Shown here: positions 25,180-39,516 of the stretch, piece after piece
How the letters are laid out: the number at the start of each line of letters is the position of its first letter
How positions within the stretch are numbered: the first letter of the stretch is position 1
Assembly (NCBI GenBank): GCA_964016885.1
Contig: OZ024749.1
Span: 41,106,001 to 41,170,000 of the forward strand
Reading direction: 5' to 3'
From: Eledone cirrhosa
Taxonomy: Eukaryota
Length of the DNA: 64,000 bases
Notes under the pieces: generated by a model
Database searches by the model: none
What the model saw: the letters and a program-made list of their open reading frames with translations, nothing else
What the model was told of the DNA's origin: nothing
Made by a program: the position numbers and the translations under genes

Positions 25180-26530
25180 AGCTCTAGTCATATTGTATGT
25201 AATTAGTAGCTATAGTCATATTGTATGTAATTAGTAGCTATAGTCATATTGTATGTAGATAGTGGTTAGTCATACTGTATGTAGATAGTGGTTAGTCATA
25301 CTGTATGTAGATAGTGGTTATAGCCATACTATATGTAATTAGTAGCTATAGTCATATTAACTATGTAATTAGTAGCTAGTCATACTGTATGTAATTAGTA
25401 GCTATAGCCATACTATATGTAATTAGTAGCTATAGTCATATTAACTATGTAATTAGTAGCTAGTCATACTGTATGTAATTAGTAGCTATAGCCATACTGT
25501 ATGTAATTAGTAGCTATAGCCATATTAACTATGTAATTAGTAGCTATAGTCATACTGTATGTAATTAGTAGCTATAGTCATACTGTATGTAATTAGTAGC
25601 TATAGTCATACTGTATGTAATTAGTAGCTATAGTCATACTGTATGTAATTAGTAGCTATAGCCATACTATATGTAATTAGTAGCTATAGTCATATTAACT
25701 GTATGTAATTAGTAGCTATAGTCATATTAACTGTATGTAATTAGTAGCTTTAGTCATACTGTATGTAATTAGTAGTTATAGTCATACTGTATGTAATTAG
25801 TAGTTATAGTCATACTGTATGTAATTAGTAGCTATAGTCATATTAACTGTATGTAATTAGTAGTTATAGTCATACTGTATGTAATTAGTAGCTATAGTCA
25901 TATTAACTGTATGTAATTAGTAGCTATAGTCATACTGTATGTAATTAGTAGTTATAGCCATATTAACTGTATGTAATTAGTAGCTTTAGTCATACTGTAT
26001 GTAATTAGTAGTTATAGCCATATTAACTGTATGTAATTAGTAGCTTTAGTCATACTGTATGTAATTAGTAGTTATAGCCATATTAACTGTATGTAATTAG
26101 TAGCTATAGTCATATTAACTATGTAATTAGTAGCTATAGTCATACTGTATGTAATTAGTAGCTATAGTCATACTGTATGTAATTAGTAGTTATAGCCATA
26201 TTAACTGTATGTAATTACCAGCTATAGTCATACTGTATGTAATTAGTAGCTATAGTCATATTAACTATGTAATTAGTAGCTATAGTCATATTAACTATGT
26301 AATTAGTAGCTATAGTCATACTGTATGTAATTAGTAGCTTTAGTCATACTGTATGTAATTAGTAGTTATAGTCATACCGTAACTGTAGTTCATAACTGTA
26401 GCCATACTAGTTAGTGACTATAGTCATACTGTAGCCATACTGTATTTAGTTAGGAGCTATAATCATACTAATGTAATTAGTGACTATAGTCATTCTGTAG
26501 CTGTAGTCATACTTTATGTAGTTAGTAGCT
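25180..26530. repeat. 28-31 bp minisatellite
   Basis: Unit gtaattagtagctatagtcatactgtat with variants, degenerating at both edges. Confidence 0.95.
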
Positions 26531-26667
26531 GCTGGAAAGGTAGTGTACATGAGATTGTTTTGATGGGAGAGGGTTAAAATAATAACAGGATGTAGTTAGT
26601 TGAGGTTTTAATTTAGATGTTGGTTGAAGTGAAGACAAAACATATAAGGTAGGTGAGGAAGGGGGTC

Positions 26668-26824
26668 TAGGAAAGTATATATAGTGTAAGAGGGAGAGGT
26701 CAGGAAGGTATATATAGTGTAAGAGGGAGAGGTCAGGAAGGTATATATAGTGTAAGAGGGAGAGGTCAGGAAGGTATATATAGTGTAAGGGGAGGAGGGG
26801 GTTCTAGGAAGGTATATATAGTGT
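26668..26824. repeat. 33-bp minisatellite
   Basis: ggaaggtatatatagtgtaagagggagaggtca, about 4 copies. Confidence 0.9.
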
Positions 26825-27029
26825 TGGGGAGGGGTGTCTAGTAGTAGTGTGAGATATTTTAGAAAGAGTAGTGGTTACTCTCTCGGAAGGTCTATAGTCT
26901 TGGTTGATAAAGGCATGTGGCCCTTGGTTAGAGTGTTTGAGTCGTGATCATAAAGGTTGTGGATTAAATTCCTGGACTGGGTGGCATGCTGTGATGCTGA
27001 GCAACCTGCTTCATTTCATGTTGCATTTC

Positions 27030-28066
27030 ATGATAGGACTGGGATCCCTATCTTTAAAACACCTGAGAAACCTCTGAGATAGAACCTTGTAGGAAGCCAG
27101 CTAAACCTACATAGATGTGCGCTTTAACAACAACATAATAGGACTGGAACTGGAGACCCCTATAAACACCCAATAAACTTCCTTTGTAATACAAACCCCA
27201 CACCAGTTAAACCAGCATAGGTGTGATCTGTAACAACATGATAGGACTGGGGGTGCCTATCATTAAAACCCCCAGGAAATGTCCTACGAGATACAACCCC
27301 GTAACAAGCCAACTAAACCTACATAGGTGTGAGCTGTAATAACAGCATGATAGAACTGGAGTCCCTATCATTAAAACACCCAATAAACCTCCTCTGCCAT
27401 AGCAACTCCAGGCCAGCTAAACCTACATAGGTGTGAGCTGTAATAACAGCATGATAGAACTGGAGTCCCTATCATTAAAACACCCAATAAACCTCCTCTG
27501 CCATAGCAACTCCAGGCCAGCTAAACCTACATAGGTGTGAGCTGTAATAACAGCATGATAGAACTGGAGTCCCTATCATTAAAACACCCAATAAACCTCC
27601 TCTGCCATAGCAACTCCAGGCCAGCTAAACCTACATAGGTGTGAGCTGTAATAACAGCATGATAGGACTGGAGTCCCTATCATTAAAACACCCAATAAAC
27701 CTCCTCTGCCATAGCAACTCCAGGCCAGCTAAACCTACATAGGTGTGAGCTGTAATAACAGCATGATAGGACTGGAGTCCCTATCATTAAAACACCCAAT
27801 AAACCTCCTCTGCCATAGCAACTCCAGGCCAGCTAAACCTACATAGGTGTGTGCTGTAATAACAGCATGATAGGACTGGAGTCCCTATCATTAAAACACC
27901 CAATAAACCTCCTCTGCCATAGCAACTCCAGGCCAGCTAAACCTACATAGGTGTGAGCTGTAATAACAGCATGATAGGACTGGAGTCCCTATCATTAAAA
28001 CACCCAATAAACCTCCTCTGCCATAGCAACTCCAGGCCAACTAAACCTGCATAGGTGTGAGCTGTA
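27030..28066. repeat. 104-bp tandem satellite inside a SINE-like element
   Basis: About 7 near-identical units (acctacatag at 27421, 27525, ...) plus about 3 diverged units. Each has the hairpin atgatag(g/a)actggagtccctatcat. Confidence 0.92.
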
Positions 28067-28731
28067 AATTTCAGTAGGTGAGTGGCAGGGGTCCTGGAGC
28101 AAGTGGGATAGTTTAGAAAGAATGAGGTGACTGTGTAGGGAGGTAATTTAGTGTATGGTGCTAGTGTGAGATACTGTGCTAGAGAGGAGAAAGTATGTGA
28201 CATGTATCTGGAGAGGGGTGGCTGAATTAGATAGGGGTGTGTGTCCTAAATAATTGATAATTGGCCTTTGTAGTTATGTAGGGTAGGGAGATAATGAATT
28301 GGTACAGCTGGATGGGGTCTACTTTAGGGGGTTAAGGTAGATAACTTAACCACTTCAGCATGGCAAAACGGGGAGGGGGGGGGGGGGGTATTATTTGACA
28401 TTCATTAGAAACACCTTGTTGTTGTTGTAATTTAACCCTTTTGATATCAACCCACTTGAAACCACCCTTGGTTCTGTGATAAAAAAAAAAAATGCCTGTT
28501 TGTTGTAACCTTTTCAAGAATATATTCCTAATGAAAGACACTGCCTACGATTTCTTGATGTGAAGAAGTAGTGACTCACTGACCTCCAAGCTGCACATTC
28601 TATCAAGTAACATTAAAGACCCATATTGGAACCCCATATTGACCACTTCCTTTCTTCTTAATTTTAAGCCTACCTTAACTAACAACTACACAGCCTTCCT
28701 ATTCTCCTTTTATTTTATATATATACAGACA

Positions 28732-28772
<41 letters not shown>

Positions 28773-29085
28773 CTGTTGAAATACTAAATGCCAACTAGCA
28801 TACACAAATGCATACATACACACATGCATACATACACACATGCATACATACACACATATATACATGCATACTCACGCACTAAACTATCTTATGAACATTC
28901 CATCAACAGGTTGATTTTTTTTTTTAGCATTTTTCTATATTTAGAGTAATGTCTAACTTATATAACCTCACCTTCCAAACAGCAGTATATACACACTGAT
29001 ACATGCTGACACACACACATAATATATATATGCACATACATGCTAGCAAAGGGGAATACAGGTGTTAAATGATGATGATGATGAG

Positions 29086-29161
<76 letters not shown>

Positions 29162-29530
29162 TTCATCAGGCCAGTGCTTATCCTGGTTTCCTTGGTGTTA
29201 AGCCACTAAAAGGGTTGAAGACTACCCCCTGGACAGGACAACAGTCTTTCACAGGGTTAACTCCCAACTAGTAATAGTACTCATTTCAAGAATACAAAGC
29301 AGCACACAGTCTAGGTATTGAATCCACAAGTCCAATCCCTAACTACTAGGCCATGTATGTATGTGTGTGTGTGCTAGGGAGATATGCACCCATACAATTC
29401 ATTACCACCTTACACAGAATATATATATATATATATATATATATCATCATCATCGTTTAACGTCCATTTTCCACGCTAGCATGGGTTAGATGGTATATAT
29501 ATATATATATATATTTCATTTCATTTCATT

Positions 29531-29851
29531 TTACGTCCGCTTTTCCCTGCTTGCAAGGGCGGGACGGGAACTGATTCTGGCTTGATTTCTACAGCTGGAT
29601 GCCCTTCCTAACACCAACCTCATTTACAGTGAGTGCTGGGTGCTTTTTTGCGGTGGCACCTCCACGACTACTTTACAGTGGAATGATAGGGACCCCAGTC
29701 CCTATCATCTCATTTCTACAGCTGAGTAAACTGGAGCAATGTGAAATAAAGTGTCTTGCTCAAGGAAACAACACATCACCCGGTCTGAGAATTGAACTCA
29801 CAACCTTTCGATTGCAAGCCCAATGCTCTAACCACTAAGCCATGTGCCTCC
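29531..29851 (-). mobile_element. Composite SINE (family B head, hairpin, CAT-tailed 3' module)
   Basis: Near-identical reverse complement of 33561-33880. The ORF track gives almost the same spurious peptide from both copies. Confidence 0.8.
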
Positions 29852-31199
29852 ACACACACACACACAGACACAGACACAGAGACAGACACAGAGACAGAGA
29901 CAGACACAGAGACAGAGACAGAGACAGACACACAGACACACAGACACACAGACACACAGACACACAGACACACAGACACACAGACACACAGACACACAGA
30001 CACACAGACACCCAGACACACAGACACACAGACACACAGACACACAGACACACACACACAGACACACAGAGAGAGAGAGAGAGATTTAGGCACTGATTTG
30101 TGCACATTCTTCCTCTATGTCTTTGGTAAATATATGTATGTATGGTCCCGTAACTCTTGATAGCCTTAGGGGTGCCGTATTGACATACAGCGTTTCTTGA
30201 GCATTTTAAGCCTAGCGGAGCCCATTCCTCTCCAGGCCTGACTACAGCAGATTTCTTCCTGAGAAAGATAGAAAGTGAGAGAGAGGAAATAAGAAAGAGA
30301 TATAGAGGAAGAATCGACCCCCAGTACTGGTACTTTCTTTTATCAACCTCGAAAGGATGAAAGGTAACGTTGACCTCAGCGGGATTTGAACTCAGCGGGA
30401 TTTGAACTCAGAGAGCTGGAACAAATACCATAAAGCATTCTATCCAACATTCTAAGGACTCTGCCAATTCACTGCCTAAATACACACACTTATATATAGA
30501 TACCACCAACCACTGCTCACTCCCAACAACACCAACAGCCCCCACTATCACCAGTATAACCTTTATTTGTGTCACACCATCACTACAGATACCCTACTCT
30601 CACAACTGACCTCTTTTCGAAACCCTTTACAACAGCTGACAGCTTCAGTCCTTCCTTTTCTTCTTTCTTTCTTCCTTCCTATGGATAATTTAGTGAGAAC
30701 AGACCTACAACTGTTTCCTTTGATCTTACTAAATGATGTCACCAAATGTGACACACATAATACACACACACACACACACACAGATAGAGAGACATGGGGG
30801 GAGACAGACAGGGCTGTATGTCATTGCTATGACATTAATTACATGTGTTAAAATATATTTAACCCTTTTAATATCAACCGCCCAAAATCCTGCCTCTGGT
30901 TCTGTGAAACAAAATCACTCATTTTAAGCCATTTAATATCAAATTACCTGAAACCGCCCCTGGTTTGATTATACAAAACTGTTTATTTTAAGATATTTAT
31001 ATTTGTCTAAAAAACTTCCATCCTAATATTACGTAAGAAATGCCAGCTTAATGATGAGGAAGTTATATTATTAATTCAAGTATTGAATACAAAGTAACGC
31101 CATATCTTTCTATATCTATTTCTCTCCATTTAACTATCATAAGTGATAAGGGTGTATATGAAAGCATATATATGTTTATGTATAATAGATAAAGTGTCA

Positions 31200-31235
<36 letters not shown>

Positions 31236-31359
31236 AAATAATTGTTTCTACTTTTGGCCCAAGGCCAGCAATTATCCCAGTGTATTACTGGTACTTTATT
31301 TTATCGACCCCATAAGGATGAAAGGTAAAGTTAACCTCGGCGGGATTTGAACTCAATAC

Positions 31360-31655
31360 TAATAATAAAAAGGACGAGGTATGAGATATTCATTCCATTT
31401 ATTGAGGTGAGGCGTGTTTCGCGATTGATCAACTCGAGGCTGGATCTGTATCAATCCAGTCTGACTCTGGAATCAAAAGCTCGTCGGACCTTCTCTTATG
31501 GTAATGACAGAATGCTTCCCTTACAGTTTTTATTATCATTATTATTACACTCCACTTAGTACAACACTAATATACCGACTGGAAACTACACATCAAGTGT
31601 TCACTTTGGTGAACCCACAGTAACTGAACGTTACAATCACTAAACTATATATATA
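31360..31655. mobile_element. Older copy of the 24632-24962 family, decayed hammerhead at 31406-31490 (-)
   Basis: Minus strand GGT-CCGACGA-GC...GC-GAAA-CACGCC-TC-ACC. Stem II interior and right-hand tail align by eye with the 24.7 kb element. Confidence 0.62.
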
Positions 31656-31803
31656 TATAATTGTTTCTACTTTTGGCACAAGGCCAGCAATTACCCAGTG
31701 CATTACTGGTACTTTATTTTATCGACCCCGTAAGGATGAAAGGCAAAGTTAACCTCGGCGGGATTTGAACTCAGAATGGCAGGGCCATAACTCTATGCGT
31801 CTT

Positions 31804-33330
31804 GTGCTGAATTCAAAACATTTTCTGGACACATATTTTGCTCAGGATTGAAATAAGACGGTCCGAGTCAGAAGTAGTTTATTGTAGACAAACACATTAA
31901 ATAACATAACCATAATTGGGGGGTTGCAGTCATGTGAATGTGTGCTTTGTCAGACATGCAATTGTTTTTAGGGTATGTGATAAATATGACAATTGAGCAT
32001 GTAATCCCCCCTCGTTCAATTATTATATTTATCACATACCCATCGAAACAGACAAAGGAAGTGGTTCATACAATTCTTGTGGCAATAGTCACCTAAAACA
32101 AGAGTGTAAATTTTGTAATGCTATTTGCAGAAAATGCCATAAGTCAGGGCACATAGCTCGAGTTTGTAGAAATAAAGTGCTTATAACCGCAGCAAAACTA
32201 AGTGGCGACCTTGATTCAGTCACTTTAGCAACTGCAGATAGACTCGAGATATATTGTGCAGATGTTAAAATCAAGCGCAAATAGAACTCCTGATTTCATC
32301 ATTGATACGGGTAGCATAGAATCACTGATAAGACTGAATTCCGTAAAAAAGTTTTATCTTGAAGCAAAAATACGTTCATCTGTTGCCAAGATTTTTGGTG
32401 TGATTGGGCACGAGGTAGAACTGGTAGGATAGACTAGCATTTCCTATTTACAACTTGAATAACCAGTTGCAAACTTGACACTTTACAAGTATCCAAATCT
32501 GGCTACTCAATTCCTAGCCTCGACTCCATGAAAACCTTGAATATTTCTTTAACCTTTTCCTCTCAGTACATTTCTGACATTCAAGAACTGATAGATCATT
32601 GTTCAAAATCCAACGGTGGCATGAAAATTCTAAAAATCCATCTTGATGTAGGCAGAGAACCTATATTTATGAAAAGGTATATGATCTCATGTGGTTTGAG
32701 AGATGCAGTTAAGAATGGATTATACCAGATTGTTGAGTAAAGCATTGTAAACCCTGTAAATGCATCTCAATGGGCAACACTGATTGTGACATCAATGAAG
32801 TGCAATGGTGTGACCCCTAGGATCTATGGTGATTACAAAATCACATGTAATAAAGGGCACAGAGCAAATAGCTGAAACTGATGGAAATCCAAAACTAACT
32901 TCACTTCTCCAGCAATTTATTCAGCTATGAAGGTCCAAATGAATACAAGAAAGACAATCACGCCAGGGGAACAAATTTCAAAACCCCAGGTGGATGTGAT
33001 GTGCTGAATTCAAAACATTTTCTAGATATATATTTTACTCAGGATTGAACGTGTAGTCCCCTTCATTCAATTGTCATATTTATCATATCCCCACATGAGT
33101 TCTACCCTCCTCTCACATTCATTCCCATTCTCACTACATAATGGAACATCCTAGACACCTCTTAAAGCACTTGCATGTTTGACAAAACGCAGTCACATGA
33201 CTGCAACCTGCCTCCCCCCACCCCTTCATTTATAGTTATGCTATTTAATGTGCCTTTTGTCTACAATAAACTATTTCTGACTCAGACAGCCTTATTGGGG
33301 GTCACTCCTCTCAGGACGAGCTTAACCTGA
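31804..33330 (+). mobile_element. Decayed, rearranged Ty3/Gypsy LTR retrotransposon
   Basis: Gag knuckle CGNSHLKQECKFCNAICRKCHKSGHIARVCR (about 32078-32170), protease FIIDTGS (about 32295), RT start QWATLIVT...RIYGDYKITCNK (about 32768-32854), all disrupted. LTR-like unit at about 33053-33330. Confidence 0.8.
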
Positions 33331-33560
33331 CAGCTTGTTTTACTGATTTCAATTATGTCTGCATGTAAATAATTAAATATATTATTGTCTTTCACAAATT
33401 TTCACATGATATATATATATTTAATTATTTACATGCATACATAATTGAAATCAGTAAAACAAGCTGTGAAAGACAAGGGTTGGCATCAAAAAGGCCAACT
33501 GACTATAGACTACTACTGCCTCACACAATATATGTGTTCACACACAGACATATATATATA

Positions 33561-33892
33561 TGGAGGCACATGGCTTAGTGGTTAGAGCATTGGCCTTGCA
33601 ATCGAAAGATGTGAGTTCAATTCTCAGACCGGGTGATGTGTTGTTTCCTTGAGCAAGACACTTTATTTCACATTGCTCCAGTTTACTCAGCTGTAGAAAT
33701 GAGATGATAGGGACCGGGGTCCCTATCATTCCACTGCAAAGTGGTCGTGGAGGTGCCACGGCAAAAAAGCACCCAGCACTCACTGTAAAGGAGGTTGGTG
33801 TTAGGAAGGGCATCCAGCTGTAGAAATCAAGCCAGAATCAGTTCCTGTCCCACCCTTGCAGGGAAAAGCGGACGTAAAAATGATGATGATGA
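33561..33892 (+). mobile_element. Composite SINE, sister copy of 29531-29851
   Basis: tRNA head, gatagggaccggggtccctatc hairpin, ttaggaagggcatccagctgtagaa module, (GAT)n tail. Confidence 0.8.
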
Positions 33893-33937
<45 letters not shown>

Positions 33938-34701
33938 GTGTGAGAGAGGATGAGACAAGTTCATATAAACAGTCGTAAATACAGACAAATCTTCTCTAAT
34001 TCCTGGTCTATTCTTAACTACAACATGAATACCAATACACACACACACACACACTGATGCTATACTACCCCACCACAATACTCACACATAGTTGCTGCAC
34101 ATCCACCACACTGCCCCCATCACACTCACACACACCCGGATGCTACACACACACACACTGCCACCACCACCGCTACATATACACACCTGACCATAAATAA
34201 AACCAGTTGGTCTATAACAGATTATTACAGTCATGTTAACCCTTTTATTGTCTTTGATAATAGAGACATTCAATGAGGGTGGGGTGCAGACGTGTGTGTA
34301 TGTGCATATATATATATATATATATATATAGTTTATGATTATACTCACATATACATACACACATACCACACCCCCTACTCCATTCTCCCACTTCTGCCTA
34401 CACCACCCTCTCTCTGTAAAGTTATGTTGGTACCACAGAACATCCAGTCCACACTGTAAAGTGGTTGTGTAGGTGTCACGGCAGAAAACACCCAGTCCAC
34501 ATTATAGAGGAGACACAATAAAAAGGTTCGTTAAGAAGGGCATCCAGCCGTAGAAAACCTGCCAGAAACAGTTCTATACGAGTGAGACACGGTCACCCGA
34601 CCAATCTTGCATCAAATGGGACGAACCCGTCCAACCCATGCTAGCGTGAAAGATGGACGTTAAACAATGATGATGATAATTATATATCATCTGGTCGAGC
34701 T

Positions 34702-34779
<78 letters not shown>

Positions 34780-35323
34780 AATATGTATGTGTACACATGC
34801 ACATACACAATTATATATATATGTGTAGACATGCGCACATATATATGTATGTGTATGTGTAGACATGTGCACATATATATGTATGTGTATGTGTAGATAT
34901 GCACACATACACATATATGTATAAAGATTAACTAAACGGTTTTTAAATCTCCTCACCCCTTCCTCCGTCTTCGCTTTCTGTCCCAATAAGTAAATCTACA
35001 CCATTTCAGATAATCCATTAATCCTGTAGGCTGTTAGTTAAATACCACAATATTCATATTTACTTACTTGGTCTGGTCTGGAGAGAGAGGGGGGATAGAC
35101 ATTTTAATGGTTATTACAGCTACTTAAAGGAGAATTATTGGACAAAAAACAACTACAACAATACCTATGTAGGGATGTGGGTGGAGTGGAGGCTTAATTA
35201 TTAACATTCTATAAGGATTTAGCAGAAAATTGCTAAAATAGGTTTTTTAATTCAAATACTTATAGTATCTTTATTAGTGGACAGATTGTGAAAATGTGTA
35301 GTGTTATCTCTTAACAAAGTTAA

Positions 35324-35516
35324 GGACGGTGGATTGGCAGTATCGGTAGAGGGTCGGACGCCATGCTTTGACGTATAGAGTTACGGCCCTTGCCATTCTG
35401 AGTTCAAATCCCGCCGAGGTTAACTTTGCCTTTCATCCTTAAGGGGTCGATAAAATAAAGTACCAGTAATGCTCTGGGTAATTGCTGGCCTTGTGCCAAA
35501 AAGTAGAAACAATTAT
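35324..35516 (+). mobile_element. Full-length young tRNA-derived SINE (family A)
   Basis: A box tggcagtatcggtag, B box gagttcaaatcc, central gcctttcatcct..ggggtcgataaaataaagtacc domain, flanking direct repeat ttatctcttaacaa. Confidence 0.88.
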
Positions 35517-36956
35517 CTCTTAACAACATGTAGTGATTTAACAGAAAATATCTACAAATAGGTTAGTTTATTCAAATGTTTATAGTATCTTTACTATTGA
35601 ACAGATCATTGTGAAAATTTGATGTAAACTAAAAAGTATATACTTTAATTTTTAATGAGATGCAGTTATAGTGCAACTCCCTTCAAATTCTTGATTATTT
35701 TCAAAATTATTTGAAAATCATAGGTAGTGTCGCTTATGAAAGAGTTTATATTTATCTAAAAACCTTGCATCATAATTTTATGTAAAGACCTTTGTTTTAA
35801 ATAACAGCTTAACAATTGTTTTTGATTTAGGTTCAAGGCCAACAATTTTCGGAGAGGGGAAAGTCGATTAAATCGATCCCAGTACATTACTGGCACTTTA
35901 TTTTATCGACCCTGTAAGGATTAAAAGGCAAAGCTAACTTCGGCGGGATTTGAGCTCAGAATGTATAGCGACATAACTGTATTCTGCAAAGCATGTTGTC
36001 TGACATTCTACCAATACTCCCATTCAGCTATATCACTAAATCTCTTTAAATTCTGAATATTTTCAAAATTATTTGAAAACCATAGACAGAGCTTTTATTA
36101 GAAATGTGGTTACAAAAGAATTAAAGTGTTTATATTTATTTTAAAAACATTCCAGCATAATAACCTTTGTTAAGTTATGCTCCTAACACCAGCTTAACAA
36201 GGAAGGTTAGTTATATCAATAAATCCCTCCAAACTATGGATTATTTATAAAAATTATTCGAAAACCATAGACAGTGTCTTTCATTAGCAATATTATTAGG
36301 AAAGGGTTAACAAGGTTAATCTTCAATTTGAAATGCTGTGAGTTAATGACTGGGAACAAAACATAGGTGTACATTGGAAATTCCATTACAAGCTAAAGTA
36401 GAGATTAGGAGGGGTTTAAAAAGCATTGTTGTTTGTTTTAGAGATTAAGGGGTGGTTTAAAATGCGAGGTTGGTTGTTGTTAGTTAGATATACTGTTTAA
36501 TCACGTCTTCTGTCTATATCTGGTCAGGATGGTATGACTGGGGTCCCTGCCAGTTAACCTCCTTGAAACCTCTGGTTCTATGATACAAAACTGTTTGTTT
36601 GAAAATGTTTATATTTACCTAAAACCATTCTATCATAAACCTTTGTTAAATTATTTTCAAAGCACCATCTTGATAATGAGAAAGTTAGTTATATTACTAA
36701 ATCCTTCTTGATTATTTAAAAAATTATTTGAAATTTATAGGTTATATTGAAGTGTTTATATTTCTCTTAAAAAACTTCCATATTAATTTTATGCAAGAAC
36801 CTTTAAGTTATTTTCTAAACTGCCCTTGCTGACACCACCTGATTTAGTCACATCTTACAACTTGCAAGGATATAGTGTATCTATTCTAAACTGGGCACAC
36901 ACACAAGAAATGCATACATATGCAAATACATAAACATACGCATGCATGTATGTGTG

Positions 36957-36998
<42 letters not shown>

Positions 36999-37333
36999 AT
37001 AAACATCTTTATACAGCACATGACATCAGCACCACCCCACCTCCACAAATGTGGGTATATGTTCATATCTCAATGTCCACAACAGATTCATTGCTGTTCC
37101 AGTGTTGTAATCTCACCATAAATTCTACTAAATCACCAACTAAACAACTCCATATTTTCTTATCTTCATATTTACAAGACAGTCTTCAACATAAGCAGTA
37201 TTTTTTCTTCCTTCCTAAAGAAAACAACACACAGACCCATGCATAGATACAAACTCAGGCACTCACATATACATACAGACTCACACTGACAGGCTCAAAC
37301 ACACACACACACACACATGCATAGATGCAGACT

Positions 37334-37367
<34 letters not shown>

Positions 37368-37459
37368 CAGACGCAAACTCACACACACACACATGCATAG
37401 ATACAGACTCGTATACATACACACTCACACACTCATACTGACATACACACAGATACACT

Positions 37460-37501
<42 letters not shown>

Positions 37502-37828
37502 TACAGACAGGATGATACCCCACTCTCACTCTTTCCCCATCTCTATTTAACACCAACCACCTTACAGAGTGTACCGAGTCACATTTTATCATGGCACCAT
37601 CATTAGAGACATTACCATGTCCCCAGCCAGACTAAAGAACCCTCTCTATACCATGTTGACTCTGTTCAATTACTAACCCATGCAAGTATGGAGAATAATG
37701 TCCATAAAAACGATGATTATGATGATGACAACATTCAATTAATTAGAAGGCATTCAATTAATTAGACCAAAGCATAGACAAGTATGCGCATTTACTAATT
37801 GCGTAGTCTAATACATATTCTTTATATA

Positions 37829-37907
37829 CAGGGTGTTCTCAAAAAACGTATACACACTTTCATTAGAATGCTGTTGAATTGTGTTTACATTTTTGGGGGT
37901 CACCCTG
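37829..37907. mobile_element. Tiny Tc1/mariner-type MITE
   Basis: TA|cagggtg...caccctg|TA termini. Confidence 0.7.
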
Positions 37908-37959
<52 letters not shown>

Positions 37960-39516
37960 TTAAAATTTCACAGTTCACTAAATAGATTGCTTGTTTTGTT
38001 CTGGCTTCTTTGATGATAAAAAATATATCAACCACATCAATCATTGTCCTTTAATATATATATATTTGTGTGTGTGTATATATTGAACTTGGACTCACAG
38101 CTATTGTGTATGATCACAACAAATGCTATGTCCTGACTTTCTGACTTTTACCAGCTTCTATTGTATTTCCCTTTAGATGGTTTTATTTATTCATAATATG
38201 ACAAAGAAGCTATCATAATGAATAACACTGTCTTCCCAAAAATTGTTGGCCATGTGCCTAAATCAGAAACCATTATTTTATTCTTTTACTCGTTTCAATC
38301 ATTAGACACTGGTCATGCTCGAGCATTGACCCCCACTACTTAATTTTTTCAAGTCTAGTACTTATTTTATTGACCTCGAGATAGTTATATTGTTCATTAC
38401 AAATTTGGTGTTCGATTCATCCTGTGCAGATGGTAAGGCAAGTCTTCTGCAGCCCAGCATATCACCAGAGATCTCAATCTTGTGCCATCACCACCTTTGA
38501 GAAGTTTATTGGTGGTGGTCAGCTTTTATCACTTCATCCCAAGCTTTCCTAGGTCTTCCTCTTCCATAGTTTCTATCAACTTTAAGTACCCTGCACATTT
38601 TGATACGGCCGTCATCCTCCATACGCATCACATGTCCATACCACCACAATCTCCTTCCCTCACACTGCACGTGACCCTTACTTAGTATATAATCCCTTTC
38701 ACTATACTACAGCCATCATTTGCAATCAAGTATGATTTGGTAGTATATGCTATGCTTTTGCTAAAGACTTTTGGTGTCTATGCTGTTTGCAAGCAGACAC
38801 AGACACCCACACTACCCCACTGTCCTTTAACCAACGGAACATCCTAGATGTAACAGTTGAAAGGAGAAAGGGCTGCCCCAGTACTGGGCTGGTATTTTCT
38901 TTGTTGACTTTGAAAGGATGAAAGGCAAAGTGGAGTTGGGCAAGATTTGAACTCAGAACACAGAAACTCTGAATAAATATCCAAAGCTCTAATAACTCTG
39001 CCAAATAAGTTACATTAATCCCTTCCTCTGAGTAGTTCTACAGCCATTGTTACCACAGCTCTGTTATCTTAGTAGTCCTGCTGCTATTACTTTTGTCTAT
39101 AAGTAGTGTGGGTGTGTGTAGGGTCTAGAAGTTTACTGTTTACTTGAATCATTAAACACAGCCAATAAAACAAGTAGATTTAAAGTACTTAAGTCCCTAA
39201 AAGTGGCCACCAATCTAGTTTTCACTGATTGTTATTTTGTTTATTAAAGAAATTAGTTTATATTAACACTTCCATGGCTGCATTCCTTAATGAATAATTT
39301 TGAGGGATTTATTAAGATTATTATTTTATTACTAAGATACTAACTTAACACGGCGTTCTTAGATAAAATTACACTGGCCAATTTTAATTTAAATAGGAAT
39401 CCTTTAAAATGGGTTGTTTTGATTCATCAAACCAGAGGTGATTTTGGCCAGGTTGGTATCAAAAGGGTTAAATAATTAGAGACACCATTAACAGAGCAGT
39501 GTTCAGAATAGACATA

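Noticed and set aside
27300-28066. CRISPR-like regular repeat with a hairpin
   Set aside because: Units are identical throughout with no unique spacers, the context is eukaryotic, and there are no cas genes.
35324-35415. tRNA gene
   Set aside because: The A and B boxes belong to a SINE head. There is no cloverleaf, and the sequence continues into the SINE body.
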